Part shown: piece by piece, positions 49,804 to 63,450 of the stretch
Position numbering within the stretch: position 1 is the stretch's first letter
How the letters are laid out: the number at the start of each line of letters is the position of its first letter
Origin: Camelus dromedarius
Taxonomy: Eukaryota
DNA: 64,000 nt
Reading direction: 5' to 3'
Assembly: GCF_036321535.1 (NCBI RefSeq)
Contig: NC_087437.1
Location: 73,410,001 to 73,474,000, forward strand
Notes under the pieces: generated by a model
The model's database searches: none
The model's input: only the letters and a program-made list of their open reading frames with translations
Told to the model about the DNA's origin: nothing
Translations under genes and position numbers: made by a program

Positions 49804-52800
49804 TGCAATTATTACCATCTTTCTTGAGGGCAGGAACTTCCTTTTCCTTAAAGTTTGAAATTATTGGGACATACGCACCTCTTTTCAGGATTTTAGGTCT
49901 CTAAAAAGCAAATCAGGCTTCTGAAGAACCCGCTCCTCTAAATATTGTTCTGGGAGGAGATGTTCTCAGCATGCTTGCAAGTTCTCACTTTATGTAGAGA
50001 CTTCTGTCCCCTTTCTTTTGCCTCTTTATGAAAGACACTCATGGAGGAAATGTGGGTCTTACTTGAGCCAAGTTTGTTTCTACAGGCGCCAATCATAAAG
50101 TGCCTCAAAAGCATGTTAAAAGTTAGGATTTATCTGCCCTTTTGCTTTTGAGTGTGCGATCCTTTAATGGATCTCTGAAGGAAACTAGGATGAAATGAGG
50201 TTGTGACCCCTTGCTCTCCATGAAGTGGAGAAAGACGGCAGAATCTGATTGTTCAGTTGCCATTTTACTGTATGAAATCTGTCTGTCACTCCTCTCCAGA
50301 CAGCCTCAGGGACTCTCTGATTTACAGTAAGGCTTAGCAGTGTGATTCAGCAGCAAGACCACAGGCTTTGGTTTCAGAAAGCCAAGTTCTGAAGCTCATT
50401 CTCCCTACTCACTAATTTGCTATGAGTATATCACCTAAACCCTTGTTCTTTTAAATGGGGATAGTGATGATACTTTCCTCAAAGATCTGTTTTGAGAATC
50501 AGGGGGGATGTTAATAAAGCATTATATCAATGAGAAAACAAGTTATAAATGCATTATCTTGGTTAATTCAGTAGTTCCACTGAAGGTGGTTCCAAAGTGG
50601 GCCTACTCTGGGGTAGACTGTATTTCATGGATTTATAACAAAGTTTTAAAGTTTAACCAAGATAGTGCCTAGAAAAATTCCTCCTTTCTGTTTGTGTGTT
50701 CTCTGTTTCCTTTACATTGCTTGGATTACAAAGGTGTAATCCAAGAAGGGTTTGAGTCTTTACAGTATTAAGCAGACTCTCCCATTCATACTGAGATTAT
50801 AAATTCTCTCCTTACACATCTAAAGGAAAGTATATATGGTTCACTGCTTTTGCCTTTACTCTACCACTTTATTTAGTAAGCCCCACTGACATCAAATAAA
50901 GAACTATTTTTATCTGAGCTCTTCTCTCATAGTACTAGAAAATGCAAGTTTGCTGGATGAAACCAATTTCAACTCTAGAGAAATGAGTAGACCTCTACTT
51001 ACAAATAAATTGTTTACAGCTTTCCATTACATTTATTTTGCAAATATGTAGATACGCTCAAGGATTTTGATTTAGTGTCACAAGAATATACATTTCATTG
51101 TGACTTTCTCTATTTTGTTGATTACTACATACATACCCAGCACTTAGCTAAAATATAGATGTGTTCAAAGAATATTTCTTAAAGGAACAAATGAATAAAA
51201 GCAAGGAACAGAATGCTTTTCATGAATATATTCTATATTTATTCACATATTTCCCCCTTCTATAAATTGAGAGGTAGAAAAAAGGTAGAGAGAGAAGAGA
51301 AAAAGAGGAGTGGGAAAAACAATTTAAAAAACATCTTTGTATGGAGATTTCCCTTTCCTATGCTTTCAAGTTTCAGATCCCAAACTTGAAAATCTGGTCC
51401 AGAGAAAGTGGTGTCAAGCAGTTCCTGAAAATCCAACTTAATTGTCCAGTGTTTATGGCAAGGTTAGAGACATCTTTTTATTGAATTATGCAAATGGTCC
51501 AAGTTTAGAAGGACAAGACAAATAAGGTAAAAGAAATAGTAAGAGGCATCTGGGAAGCAGGTGGTAGAGTAAGTGCTGACTAACTCTCCCCTCCCGCCCT
51601 TCCATGGAGAGCAGGCTAGCTCACTCTGCTCTCATCCTCTCTGTCCAGCTCCCTTTGTCTGCCCTAGTGAGAACAGGGGCACATTCTACCTCATACAAAG
51701 TGTTCCCCAAAGAAAGGTGGTGCTGCTAACTATGAAACTGATTGATGCTTTTGAAGCTCCCAAGAAGCCTGTCCTGGTAGCTGTGGTTATTACCTTGAAA
51801 TATAAAAAAAAAAGTGTATTTGAAGCAGTATTTTCTTGATTTTTTTTTCTCTTGAAGTACATGTGTGTGTGCATGTGTGTATTGAACATTGTGGAGTGAG
51901 TAGAATTAGTCATTTTTTTGCAAGTGTGATTTCTAATTGTAGAAACCATAACTCTGAGTTACTTTCCTAGGTTTATACAATAAACAATCTCAGATATGTT
52001 AATCATGAATGGAATCCTCTTTAAAGAATAGTTTCTAGATATTTAAGAATGGTACCTCCAATTTTATTTTGTCCCTAGGATTCTGGATTTCCTGTTACTC
52101 TATACAAAGATTATAATACTTGATGTTTCAGGCATATCTTTGTTCTGAAGAATTTCTGCTGTATGTAGTCTTTGGCTCAGGGAATAAATAGGAAAGTACA
52201 TGTACCCAAAGGTCTTCTCACAAGGCAGGGCAGCCTACAGTGATCTACTGTGCCACTTATCTTCACAATTCAAAGAGGGACACAGAGAGGTTAGAGCCAG
52301 AAGTTAGAAGCTAGGAATTGCCTGTTGGCCACAGGACAGCAATTCAGCTCCTGGCAGTTTGTTTTTCTCAAAATTAGAGACTATATTGAAAAGGAGTCTC
52401 CCTTGTACAAGGGAAATACAGGCCACAGAGTTGAGGAAGTGCAAAAGAAAGAATGATTTACCAGTCTTTCTAACACTTCTCCAGGATCTTTCTCCCAGGC
52501 TGAAACGAAAATGAGTTTATCATTCTAATTGACAGAAGTAAGACGGCCACAAAGAAGCTATTTAATTTTTACAAAGGGATTTATCTAAAGCTATATTCAC
52601 ATGAAGCCGGAATGACCATTCTAATAGCGATTTCATTTTGAATGCTCTGGAAACAAGCACAACTTTAAGATCTAGCATTTATGCCAGTGTGTATATTCTG
52701 TTAACTAAAACTCGTGCTTCTTGGGGAGTATTTGGGTGAAAGGTGAAGGTGAAGGTGGAGGTAACCTACCTGCAAAAGATGAGACATTATGAGAGCCTCC

Positions 52801-54569
52801 CAGTGCCTGCAGTGACAGACAGGGTGACCCCGGAAGTCATTTTTTGGACCAGCTACAGTCTGATTTCCATAGGCTTGTTAGATCAAATATATTCTGTTTT
52901 CTTGTTTGCTTTACAGTTAAAGCGAAGTGGGAGGCAGGGGGAAGAATGGAAGCCGAATACTACTACCTTTTCCCCACAGCCACTCCCACCCACCCACACA
53001 CAGTTTCCTAACAGAATCTTAGAGCCGGAAGGGTCTGCAGACATCATCCCATTTTAATATATTTGCTTTTTTGTTGACATAAGCCAAGAATACATAGAAC
53101 TGAATCAACTGACCTAAGTTAGTATGTTGTGAGAGGAAGGATGCTGTACAGAACAGGAGAAACGGATTCAAGTCCAGGTCTCTCCCTCTCTGTCTCTCTC
53201 TCTCTCATCTCCTCCCCACCCCCCACCCCTGCCTATTATTTAAGCAATACTGTTTTTATTCCCAGTGGTGGCTGGTTGATAGGGCTCCCGTGTGATGCAC
53301 GCACCTTGGTGCTGCTCTCCCACCTCCCGCCAGAGACACACTACTGGTGGTTAATAAGCAAAGCAAAGCAAAGCAAAACAAAACATTCCATCCATACTCC
53401 GTGGCCTGAGTTCAACAGCTGACCCCGAGTTCGGCAGAGGAGCTGCGGGCGGCCATCATGCTTGAAGCACTTGGTGGAGGTTTCCTGAGGCTGCTCCCTG
53501 CACGGTGACCTGTCCTCCAGCTCTGAGGAGAGACTCGCAGTCACCTCCAGTGGCCGAGCTGTGGTTTCGGGGTAGTGGGAGTGGCCCCAGAGCGCCGGAC
53601 CAGGGTGCCCTTCGCGGACCCATGCACTGGCTGCTCCACCCCCTAAGGCTTAGTCAGCCACGTCTCCTGTTGCCATCCTGCCTCGCACCCCACCTCTCAT
53701 CTCTGCAAAGCACTCTGTGCATGCTGGGGAAAGGTGAGGCATGGTCCCCCTCCTGACCGCCTCAGTGCCTGAGGGTGGTCACCCCGAAGCCCCAACTCGG
53801 CCGCGGCACATTGCCAGCGCGGAGCCACGTGGTCACGCACAAGTCCCAACAAGCACGGCGTGGCTGGCCGTCCACCACCCCCGGCTCCCCAGTCTCAAAA
53901 GCGGCCCCTTCCCAAGCGGCACCGGGCTCCGGCGGAGGAGGCGGTCAAGCTGCCGGCTTCTGCAGGCCCTGAGGGCCCAGAAGGTGAGTGTGAGGGTGGT
54001 CCAGGACTTGAGGCCCGAGCCCCACCTGAATGGCAGTGATGTATTGGACGCCGCAGGCATGTGGGATCCATGCCCAGCGCAGCGTCAAGCTCGTCAGAGA
54101 GCGGGGCAGACCTTGTGGATAGCCCCTTCGGAAACTTGTCTATCCCCTGATTTTCTGCAGTCAGGCCATTCCCCTCTACTAATCATTACATATAGCACTG
54201 ACGGGTTAATCTCCCTGAAACACTACTTTTATCATTGCATGCTTGTGCTCCATGCTGAATAGGTTCCTATTTTTGCCATACTAAGCATCAAATAATAATT
54301 CATTTGCTTCTCTTGGGGAAGAAGTTGCAAACTTAAATGCCTATACAGGCCAAGAGAATATATATCTTAATGAAAAGGAAGTTGCTAAAACGTGACTTCC
54401 TCAGACATCTGCCACGTGGGAAAGCAGACTCAGTGATGCCAGACAGACCTTTCAATATTTCAAGAGAAAGGAAATTTAGATTCTTTGTAAAATATCTCCA
54501 TTTTTTAAAATGTGTATAGCTAAATCAGTTGTTTTCTTTGTGACTTCATTTTGTGTTGTGTCAAAACTA

Positions 54570-55510
54570 TGCTTCAAAGTCAAAGCAATATTACAAGTTA
54601 CATTGACAAGTTATATTGCTCCCATCTCTGCCCATGCCACCCTGTTTTGTCCCTCCCCTTATAAGTAACTGCTTTAATTAACTTTTGGTTTATCCTTCCA
54701 TCATTTCTTTTTGAAAATATAAATATTATGCATATGTACTCATATTTCTTTCAATTTCTTACACAAGCAATAGCATCCTGTAAACACCGTTCTGCCCTTG
54801 TTTTTTTCATTTACCAATATGGATCCATATCAGTATATAGAAATTATCCTCATTTCTTTATCTAACTTTATAGGGTAACATTGTGGGGGTATACCATAGT
54901 TCTTCCAGGGATTGACAAACTACAGCCTGAGGGCCAAATCTAGTCTACCATCTGCTTTTGTATGGACTTCCAGCCTAGAATGAGTTTTATGTTTTTAAGT
55001 GGATGAAAACAAAATCAAAAGAAGAATAATACGTGAAAGCTATACAGAAGTCAAATTTCAGTGTCCACTAAAAAAGTTTTATTGAAACACAGCCACATTA
55101 TCATCTATGACTGCTTTTGTGCTAGGATGGTGGAGTTGAGTATTGCAATAGAGACCATAAGCCCACAAAGCCTAAAATATTTACTACTTTTATAGAAAAA
55201 GTTTGTCAACCCTTGTTTATTCAGCTACTCTGCTATTAATAGAAGTTTTGGTTGCTTCCAGCTGACTGCTATTCTAAAATATACTCATAAAGCATTGCCT
55301 TGGACATAAGTTATTTTGTATTTTGCCAGTATGTCTTTACAATAGATGCCTTGAATTGGAATTGCTGTGTCAAAGGGTAAATACACATGTAACTGTCCTA
55401 GAGTTTGTCAAATTCCTCTCTGTGGGAATTGTGTGATTTATTTTTCCCAAAAACAGTGTACAAGTGTAACCAGTTAGTCAGTCTCACCAACAGAGCTTGC
55501 TGTCAAATGC
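54570..55510 (-). mobile_element. Ancient L1ME-like 3' region, interrupted by MER58
   Basis: ttttggtttatccttcca...ccatatcagtatatagaaa...ttggttgcttcca...ggaattgctgtgtcaaagggtaaat. Confidence 0.6.
54906..55215 (+). mobile_element. MER58B-like hAT-Charlie MITE
   Basis: TIRs cagggattgacaaact / agtttgtcaacccttg; internal tcaaatttcagtgtcca...gttttattgaaacacagccac. Confidence 0.85.
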
Positions 55511-56689
55511 TAATTTAAGTCATTTTAACACACTGGGAGATTGCAACCAGGTATGTCTAAACAGGAGATGCAGCTGAGGATTCACTCATTTCAGATCTGC
55601 AATGTATTATTGGTCAGGTTGTCATATGCATGATGGTGCCTGGCCCCGGGCATGCAGATAGAGACTGAAAGCCATCCCTGTCCACCTAAGTTTGTGCCCT
55701 CCTGCAGGCCTGCCCGCCTTGTTGGAGGAGAGGATGCCCTTACCTGATTGGTTCAGCCAGAGACAGTTGCCATGTTCTAGTGGACTGATTGGAGGTGACT
55801 TTTTGCAATTTACTGCTGCAGAGACTGGGCGGCAGGTCAACGGTAATAGCGGGTGGGAGACTGGGGAGGGAGTTGGCTCCACAATTTGTGACCTCTGTTG
55901 TCAGTTGTTTAGACACAGAACTCATTTCACCTATTTATTAAAAAATAAATATAAATATAAAATACTCTCCCCTTATAACCACTCTCCAAATCCACACCAC
56001 CCTTGAAGGACTAGCTAAGTTCAGATTCCGTCTTCTTAGCAAACTGTTTCACTGTCACTCCCTTGATCCCCCATATATTTATCCACTTATGCATTTGGTC
56101 AGTCAGTCAGTCACCCTGTGTCTTACAGTCTGTCACTAACCTGGTTCATTTTTCTTGATTATTTTCTCTCACCCACCGTCCTTTGTCCCTTCCCTCTTCC
56201 CTAAATCAGCCTTCTCTCCATCTTCTAGCCCCCTACCTCTTAGATAATAGAGTGCTAGGTATATAATAAGATGTTTAATAGCCATAGTGGCTAAGAGTGA
56301 AAATATACACTGTGAAGAAATGCACAAAATTTTCCAAAATTGCACCAGAAAGCACTTGACGATTCTGAGTTAGCTGCTGGGGTGGGGTGTTGCATCTTAA
56401 TGGGATCTGCACGTCTCTTCTCTCTGATTAACAGGAGCAGATGTTATGTTCGAGGGAACTGTGGGTTGTGGTTATGACAAGAAGCTGAGGTCAGACCCAC
56501 CAGAGCAGCAGCAGATATCAGGAGATGGGGGAGACATCACGAGGTGGGGAGTCAGGATGGTCTGACTGGAGGAATGCTGCCTGCTGCTGGGTGATCTGTT
56601 TCCAGAGAGGGCGGCAACAATGTGAGGGTGCTAGCATGGTTTCTTTGGGTGGTTGCTGTGTAGTGAGAACTCAGGACATTTGGTCTAAT

Positions 56690-56845
56690 GGGGGCCAGAA
56701 AACTTTTAAGTTCAAGATAGTAAATATGTAGGCTTTACAGGCCACAGGGTCTCTCTTGCAACTACTCTGCTGCTACATAGTGCAAAGGTGGCCACAGACA
56801 TTATGTAAAAGAATGGGTGCGTCTGGGTCATGATAAAACCATGTA
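56690..56845 (-). mobile_element. MER58A-like MITE fragment
   Basis: agatagtaaatatgtaggctttacaggccacagggtctctcttgcaactactctgc...gccacagaca...gtaaaagaatgggtg. Confidence 0.65.
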
Positions 56846-57513
56846 CGCTGATTAGTAACTAATTTAGGATTTGGACACCAAAACAGAGAATCTGTACACA
56901 CTTACCATTGAGTACAGCTTGAAATTGGATAAAAGCACAGTGTTTTAATAGGGACACCAGATAAAACACAGGACAGAAAACTGTAAATCATACTCTCAGT
57001 TACCACCTGTGTTTCACAACTTAAGACAGATACAAGTGCTGACTCTAAAATGCTAACTGTAAGGTGAAATTAGCAGAAAAGTTCCATTAAAAAGTCCATT
57101 ATTTTAGGGTTTCAGATTATGATGTCATAATCAATGAGTTGTAGCTTCTCTGGTGCAAAACTCTAGTGTTGGAGTGGCTCTACAATATATATTTGAAGCT
57201 ATGAATGTCTATATGTCAGTCATCCAGCCATAAACCAGGATACAGTGAAGCACACACCAACCTAACACTTTCTATCAATGATACAGGAAAATACTTAACG
57301 TATACTTACTCTTCTTTACACTACTATGATTTACATAGTACTGGTACTACACATATATTATTTTTACTGTGTTATATATAACCCCCCACAACCCTGGATG
57401 GCTGGAAGGACAGATATTATTATTCCTGTTTTGTAAATGGGACTATAAGGCTCTGTGAAGCTAAGTGAGGAATTGGAGACTAAGGAGATGGTCTATAGAG
57501 CCAGATCTTAAAC

Positions 57514-57688
57514 TGGGGCCAGCTGCACAGGTGTGCTATCTGTGCAACTGCACAGGGTCCTGCACTTTAAAGGCCCTCGTGCTTTGTTTAATGCTCTACT
57601 GTCATGGCTTTGAAAATTTTAATTTGTTAACAAAGGGCCTCACATTTCCATTTTGCATTGGGCCCCTCAAATTATGCAGCCACTCCTG
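57514..57688 (+). mobile_element. MER91A-like hAT-Tip100 MITE
   Basis: gcacagggtcctgcactttaaaggccctcgtgctttgtttaatgctct...cattttgcattgggcccctcaaattatgcagccactcctg; 8-bp TSD tcttaaac / ccttaaac. Confidence 0.85.
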
Positions 57689-57859
57689 CCTTAAACCAAA
57701 ATCTTGTTCCTGTGTAATCTATACTCTTCTTTTGTTCCCTAAGAATTCTGAAGATGCTTATGTATGGGGCTGGCCATCAAGCTAGACCATGGTATGTTGA
57801 ATCTATTACCTTTCAGTTTATTCATAGTAAATCATTTATTATCTTTAGAAGACAACATA

Positions 57860-58735
57860 AAAATCCTTTCAAAATTCTGATGGAAAATGAGTTTCTACCT
57901 AGAATTTTATACCTAGATAAAATATCTTTCAAGTGTGGGGTAGAAACTAGACGAAAAATATTTTCAATCAGCAAAGACTCATAAAATTTGCCTCTAGTAC
58001 TATAGGGAATAATAAGGAAACAGAAAGCCATGAAATCCAGGAAATAGCGGCTACAAGCCAGGAGAGTAGTCAAGATTCATCCCAGGATAGTGATGCAACA
58101 GGTCTGGAGAGCAGCAGCCCCAGGGGAAGCAGAAAGTTGAGATGGAAACTTTTTGTGGTTGGGGTGGGAGAGAGAGGGGACTCATTTCATAAATACCTCG
58201 TATGATGGGACTTCAGAAAAAAATAAGCATGGTTATAAGAAGAACTGCAAGAACAAAGTAAAATAATTGGGAATTCTAGGAGCAAAACTAAAAGTCTGTG
58301 TAAGAAAGAAAATGTAACCATAGTACAACTATTTGACTGATAGTACAACTACTAGACTCCACAGTGAACATTTATATATACTCAAAATACTCTAAACACT
58401 GTTAGGTGATTTAATTAAAAGTGATATATCTCTAGTGGAAGGAAAGGAGGAGGGGTGGTGGTGGTTGTGTTGTAATAGCCAAATCCTCATTTATCACAGA
58501 AGGTCATAAACAGTATCTAACATTGGTAAATCAAGAATAGCAATATAAACATACTATTTATAAATACAGAAGCTAATAGTTAAAGCAAGGTTGTCTCTGG
58601 GAAACAAGACCTGGGGTTGGGGAGATATGGAGAAGGAAATTGTTGATATTCCTGTAGCCTTTCCAGTCCTATTTGATTTTTGTAAGCATATGCATGCATT
58701 ACTTTTATGTAAATACAATTTTAAAAAACTATTTT
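57860..58735 (+). mobile_element. HAL1-like (half-L1) remnant
   Basis: ORF1-like FKILMENEFLPRILYLDKISFKC followed by a HAL1-type tail (aaatcctcatttatcacag...tctaacattggtaaatcaagaatagc). Confidence 0.6.
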
Positions 58736-59739
58736 AAAATTGGAGTTCCACAGCAGTCATTAAGATGATGGAAATGAACAGATTGTGCCGTGATCTTTTC
58801 AGTTTTACCCTGACAGATCTAGCATGAGCCCCTATTTCTTAGCTAGCATATGTAGTTCTAGTCCATGTGTTCTAATTCTTACTCTACTGATGGAGGTGTT
58901 TTAAAACTTAATTAGCTAATGCCTATAAAGGGATTTCAGGTGCTTGGATGAAAGGCTTAGTCAATGTTGAAGCTATTTTTTTATACTGAGAAATTTTAGG
59001 GTACATTTAGCTAGGACTTTTATCTGACATCAAATGACAAGGAAATACAGGAAACTGAACATTAGAATTACCACTGTAACAGTCTATTATAGTCTGCTTT
59101 ACTTTTAAAACTCTAGATATTTTTAAAAATCAAGGAAAATTAGCATTTTTACACTTCCTAGAGGTCACCAAAATGAAGGAGGAATAAAATATAGACAATA
59201 AAGTTGAATCAATTTTTAAACAAAATTAAATGCACTCTGAAGCCAAATATAAGATTAAAAAGTTTAATGACTTTAGCATATCTCATGACATTATCTGGTA
59301 TTAGATGGTATTAAAGAAGGAGAAGAGTACCTGATATAAAACTTTAAATAACATTTATTGAACACCTACTGTATACCAGACCTTTTAAAAGTTTCTTTCA
59401 AATGCATAATCTCTTCCAATCCATTTCATCTCCATTGTGCAGAAATGCTTAGTCATATGTTCAAAATTAGACAGGTAATATGGTGGGAAGCACCAGCAGG
59501 GAAGTGAGGAAGTGAGACAGAGAAGGGAAGGTGGCCAACAAGAGTACTTTATCAAGCAAGTTACCACATGGTAAAAGGAGCTGGATCCTGCTGGAGAACT
59601 CTGGAGCCACTGGAGAACACAGAATTCTCCCACCAGCTCCAACAATCAGCCGCTAGTTAAGGATGGGGTGAAGGGAGTGGAGTAGAGATTCATTCTCGGG
59701 CACTGCTGGTCTGCCATGCCCACGGGCAGAGAGAGTTCC

Positions 59740-60329
59740 ACCGAGTCAACTACTGGATTTGCCTGGCCCAGATCACAGTGAGAATGTGGAGCTCATGCTC
59801 CAAAAGCCAGAAAACTGCCTCTCTCTCTCTCTTATGGTGTGAGTGTGCATGCATTTGTGTGCATGTGAGTAAGTGTGTGTGTGTGTTTCTGTTTATTTAA
59901 TGTCATCCTCCCTCTGGCACAGGGACACTTACCAGAGCAACTGCAGATCCTCACAGTTGCCTAGTCCCACCCTGAACGCATCCCACAACTGGGCACATGG
60001 GATGTGTTGATGTGTTGTATGCATGTGCCTGACCCTGATTCTCAACTTGTGTCCAGACTCCCCTGGCCATAAGCAGAAGGTGGCAGAAGTCACTGCATCA
60101 GGGTAGGGAAGAGGCAGGAAGCAGCAGGATGAGGGAGTGCATATGAGTGGAGGTCCCAAAAGCCTGTGCATGTTCTACTATCCCATTGGAGTTCACTTGC
60201 AGAACACAGAGTTAAACTTACTAAGAATTTCAGTATGGCAGCAGCAGAGAATTAAATCCCAAGCATGAGATCCTCTTCTGAGTCTAGGAACGTGTAAGAC
60301 TGCTCTGGCATACCAAGAAGCCAGCCCTG
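59740..60329 (-). mobile_element. MER115/Zaphod-like hAT-Tip100 element, inserted in an LTR33-like ERVL LTR (~59440-60430)
   Basis: The end aagaatttcagtatggcagcagcagagaattaaatcccaagc...aagccagccctg is the reverse complement of the Zaphod/MER91 terminus. The flank gggaagtgaggaagtgagacagagaagggaagg is LTR33-like. Confidence 0.6.
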
Positions 60330-62639
60330 ACAGGATCAGCCAGATGAGGCCCCTGGCAAAGAGATGAAGATACTGGTAGCTGGAGAACAGAGGGGACTAC
60401 AATGTAAAAGCTGTAGGGATATGGCTGGGACACTAACATGCTACCGGTGCCTGCTATAGGTACAAAGATGTAAACTGTAGATAGCTTTTCCTGTAATTAA
60501 TGTAACTTTTCAAATGAAATCATAAGAAGTTTTTTAATTGGCTCTGATGAAGGTTACTCCATCACTTCCAGATAATCTTCCCTTTCCGCTCACTCGCATA
60601 CATCGGGGAGTACACACACAATAGCGTAGTTATCGTACATCTCACATGTATGGTTTCCTAAACAGGCTCAGTGATGTATGAGTATGTTTGTTGAGCTCCT
60701 ATTATGTGGCACCAGCGATGGTGGCAGGTGCTAAAAATATAGAGATGAACAAAATCAATAGGCTCTCTACTATAATGAGGATTATGTTCCAAGTTTCACT
60801 CAAGGAACCTTCTACTTGTGTCTCACTGAAATTCTCTCCACAGCTTGGAAGCACTGCTAGTGTTTGGAAAGGAGAAGTGATATCCTTACTTCATGTCAGT
60901 TGCATCCCTTGAGAGTTATTCATGAAAATGCAATAGCTACATTTGCCTACCTTTTAAATCCATTTAGAATCCTTGCTAGGCTATAAATTCAGAGGAATAT
61001 CCCTTGGGCTAATTACAGATTTTGTAGAAATAGTTCTTTCTATTCCTTTTCACAATGACAAGCTCACCAGCATATGAGCCAGGATGAGCACGTACGCGGT
61101 TGTTTTTAACATACTTTGGTTGCTAATTGTTCCTAATTGTCATAAGTTTGCTCCAAAAAGCAAAGCTTTGTAATAAGTCATCTGTACTCCCCCACCTAAC
61201 TCAGTGTTCACTTTTTCTTATCAAAGTGAATTAAGCCAGAAACTCAGTTTTCCATTTGGGACTTCATCGGTTATGATCTTAACACTGCTCCTAAACATTT
61301 TGATCTTACTTTCTCTTCATCATTCCTTTAAAATATGAAAATAGTGCTAGATTGATGGCTTCTCTCTCTTTTTTTCACTCTTATCTTTGGTGTGAAGAAA
61401 ATTTTAAGTAATAACTCCTCCACGCCAACAAGGCTTTCTGAACTGTGAAAGAAAAATCACATCATGAAACAAAATAATTCTCACTTTGTTCCTGGAAGAA
61501 AATGGTCATTGTTTCTTATCTCTGAGGTAGTTCTTGCTATGATGGGTGAAATGGCAAGAATAATCGAGAGAAATAGCTGTGTGTATTACAAAACCAAATG
61601 CATCTTTCCTATTACATAAATAATCATCAGCTCTCACTGACTGTTATACTGTACAGTCAGAGAAGAGGTGTTTATATTCCTAGATATAATATGATAAAAC
61701 CTCGTATCTCTCCTTCACCATATTTGGAGTGATTTAAAATACCAGTTGCAGCATGCACTATATATAGTGTCTACATGAAGATGTAATATATCTTAGAACG
61801 TATCTATTTCGAATGAAGTTGTTGGTAAACTATCTTTATACATTCTAGAAAATCACAGATAGCTTACAGAAGAAATATCAAAAGAAGTAATATCACATAG
61901 AAATCTGATTTTTTTCTTATTAGGGTTGAAATATATACTGATAGTTGTAAATATCTTTTATTGATAAAATCATGTGGAAAGAAAGGCTTTAGACATTTTC
62001 AATGACATTTTTGTGCCACTTTCAAACTTTTATTTTCTCTATCATATAAAATTAATTGCAAAACATTCCACTAGTGAAAAATGGCAGCAATGAAAGCAAC
62101 TTCCCATTTCTCAATTATAAAAATCTCTAAAACCGAATAAACATGTAAGCAATCTAGATTAGCCAAACTTTATTTAAATGAAATACATATTACACTCACT
62201 TTAACCTGTGTTTTGGTGGGTCTTTTTCACATCTGCTGTTGCAGAACTTCCAGCCCCCACAGTTATTTCAGAAGATTCTCTGGGGATGTTTTATCATAAT
62301 TCCCAAGTTCTGTCAGCTATTATTATGTGGTGTCATCCATTTTCTTTATCTCCAGTTTCCTTATCTCCAACTCTGACCTACCCCTGAGGATGCCTGGTGC
62401 TGAAGGGTGTGTTGTCTACAGGCCACATGAAGGTGGCCCAGGACAAGAGTCTCTGACTCCCACAAATGCCCTGCTCATCTCTTGCAGGCTGTTGTGATAG
62501 GAGTGGCCCTCACTCTTTCTGGACACTGCTCTCTCTTGCCAGATTATTTCCTTCTCCTGCTGGGTTTTCCTTCTAGATGTAACAAGTCTTCCAGAAGTTA
62601 AAACTTCCACTAGTGATGAAGTACCTTCTCTTGTTCCTG

Positions 62640-63450
62640 CCATAAGTATCTTCTCTGCTGAGCTTTCATTCTTCTAGTGCTCAAACTGCAAACCCTGAAT
62701 CATCCTTGATTCCTCTCTTTTTTTCACATTCTACATCTAACTCCTAAGTAAGCCCTCTTGGCTCTACTTCTAAATATATCCAAAATGGAATCAGTTTTCA
62801 CCCCATCTACCTCTACCATCTTAATCTGAGTCTCTGTCACACCTGGCTATTACAGTGGTTTCCAATGTATGTCCTTGCTTTCAACTTTGCCACTAATACA
62901 GCAACCAGAGTGACTATTAAAAAACCCATGTCACACTTCTGCTTTAAACACTTTAATGTTTTCTATCTCATTCAGAATGAAACGCAAAAGATCTACTTTG
63001 TTTCACACAGTTCTTGGTGATCCTGTTCCTTGTTACCCAGTACTTATTCAACTCCCCCTCACTTACTCACCACTCACTCTCAACCCATATGTTCATTAAA
63101 GCTCCTTCCCTTTCTTAATTTTCTGCCCTCTGCAGCTGTCACCTTCTCAGAGAAGCCTTTCCTAATCTGACTACCTTGTAAAAAAAAAAAAAAAAGTAGT
63201 TTTCCCTGTCCACTTACATCCCACTCATTTTCTCATCCCTTAGTTGACTTTTTCATCTCAGCACTTTTTTGTTGTCTGATACAGTAAATATTTACTTGAT
63301 ATATTTGTTTAGGATCTGTCACTTCATGTAGAAAGTCAGTTCTATAAAAGTAGTAACATGATTTGTTTTGTTCAATACTATATCCTCAGAACCTGGCAAG
63401 TAGTAGGTGCTCAGTAAACATGTATCAACAAAATAGGTGGGTATGTCACA
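62640..63450 (+). mobile_element. L2 LINE 3' region
   Basis: catccttgattcctctctt...gctctacttctaaatatatcca...gcaaccagagtga...cctggcaagtagtaggtgctcagtaaaca. Confidence 0.8.

Noticed and set aside
53741..54262. 173-aa ORF as a protein-coding gene
   Set aside because: No recognisable homology and it runs from GC-rich into ordinary sequence. Kept only as part of the orphan CpG-block finding.
58320..58359. Imperfect 20-bp tandem duplication (atagtacaacta...)
   Set aside because: Two copies inside a HAL1-like remnant; ordinary slippage, not an array.
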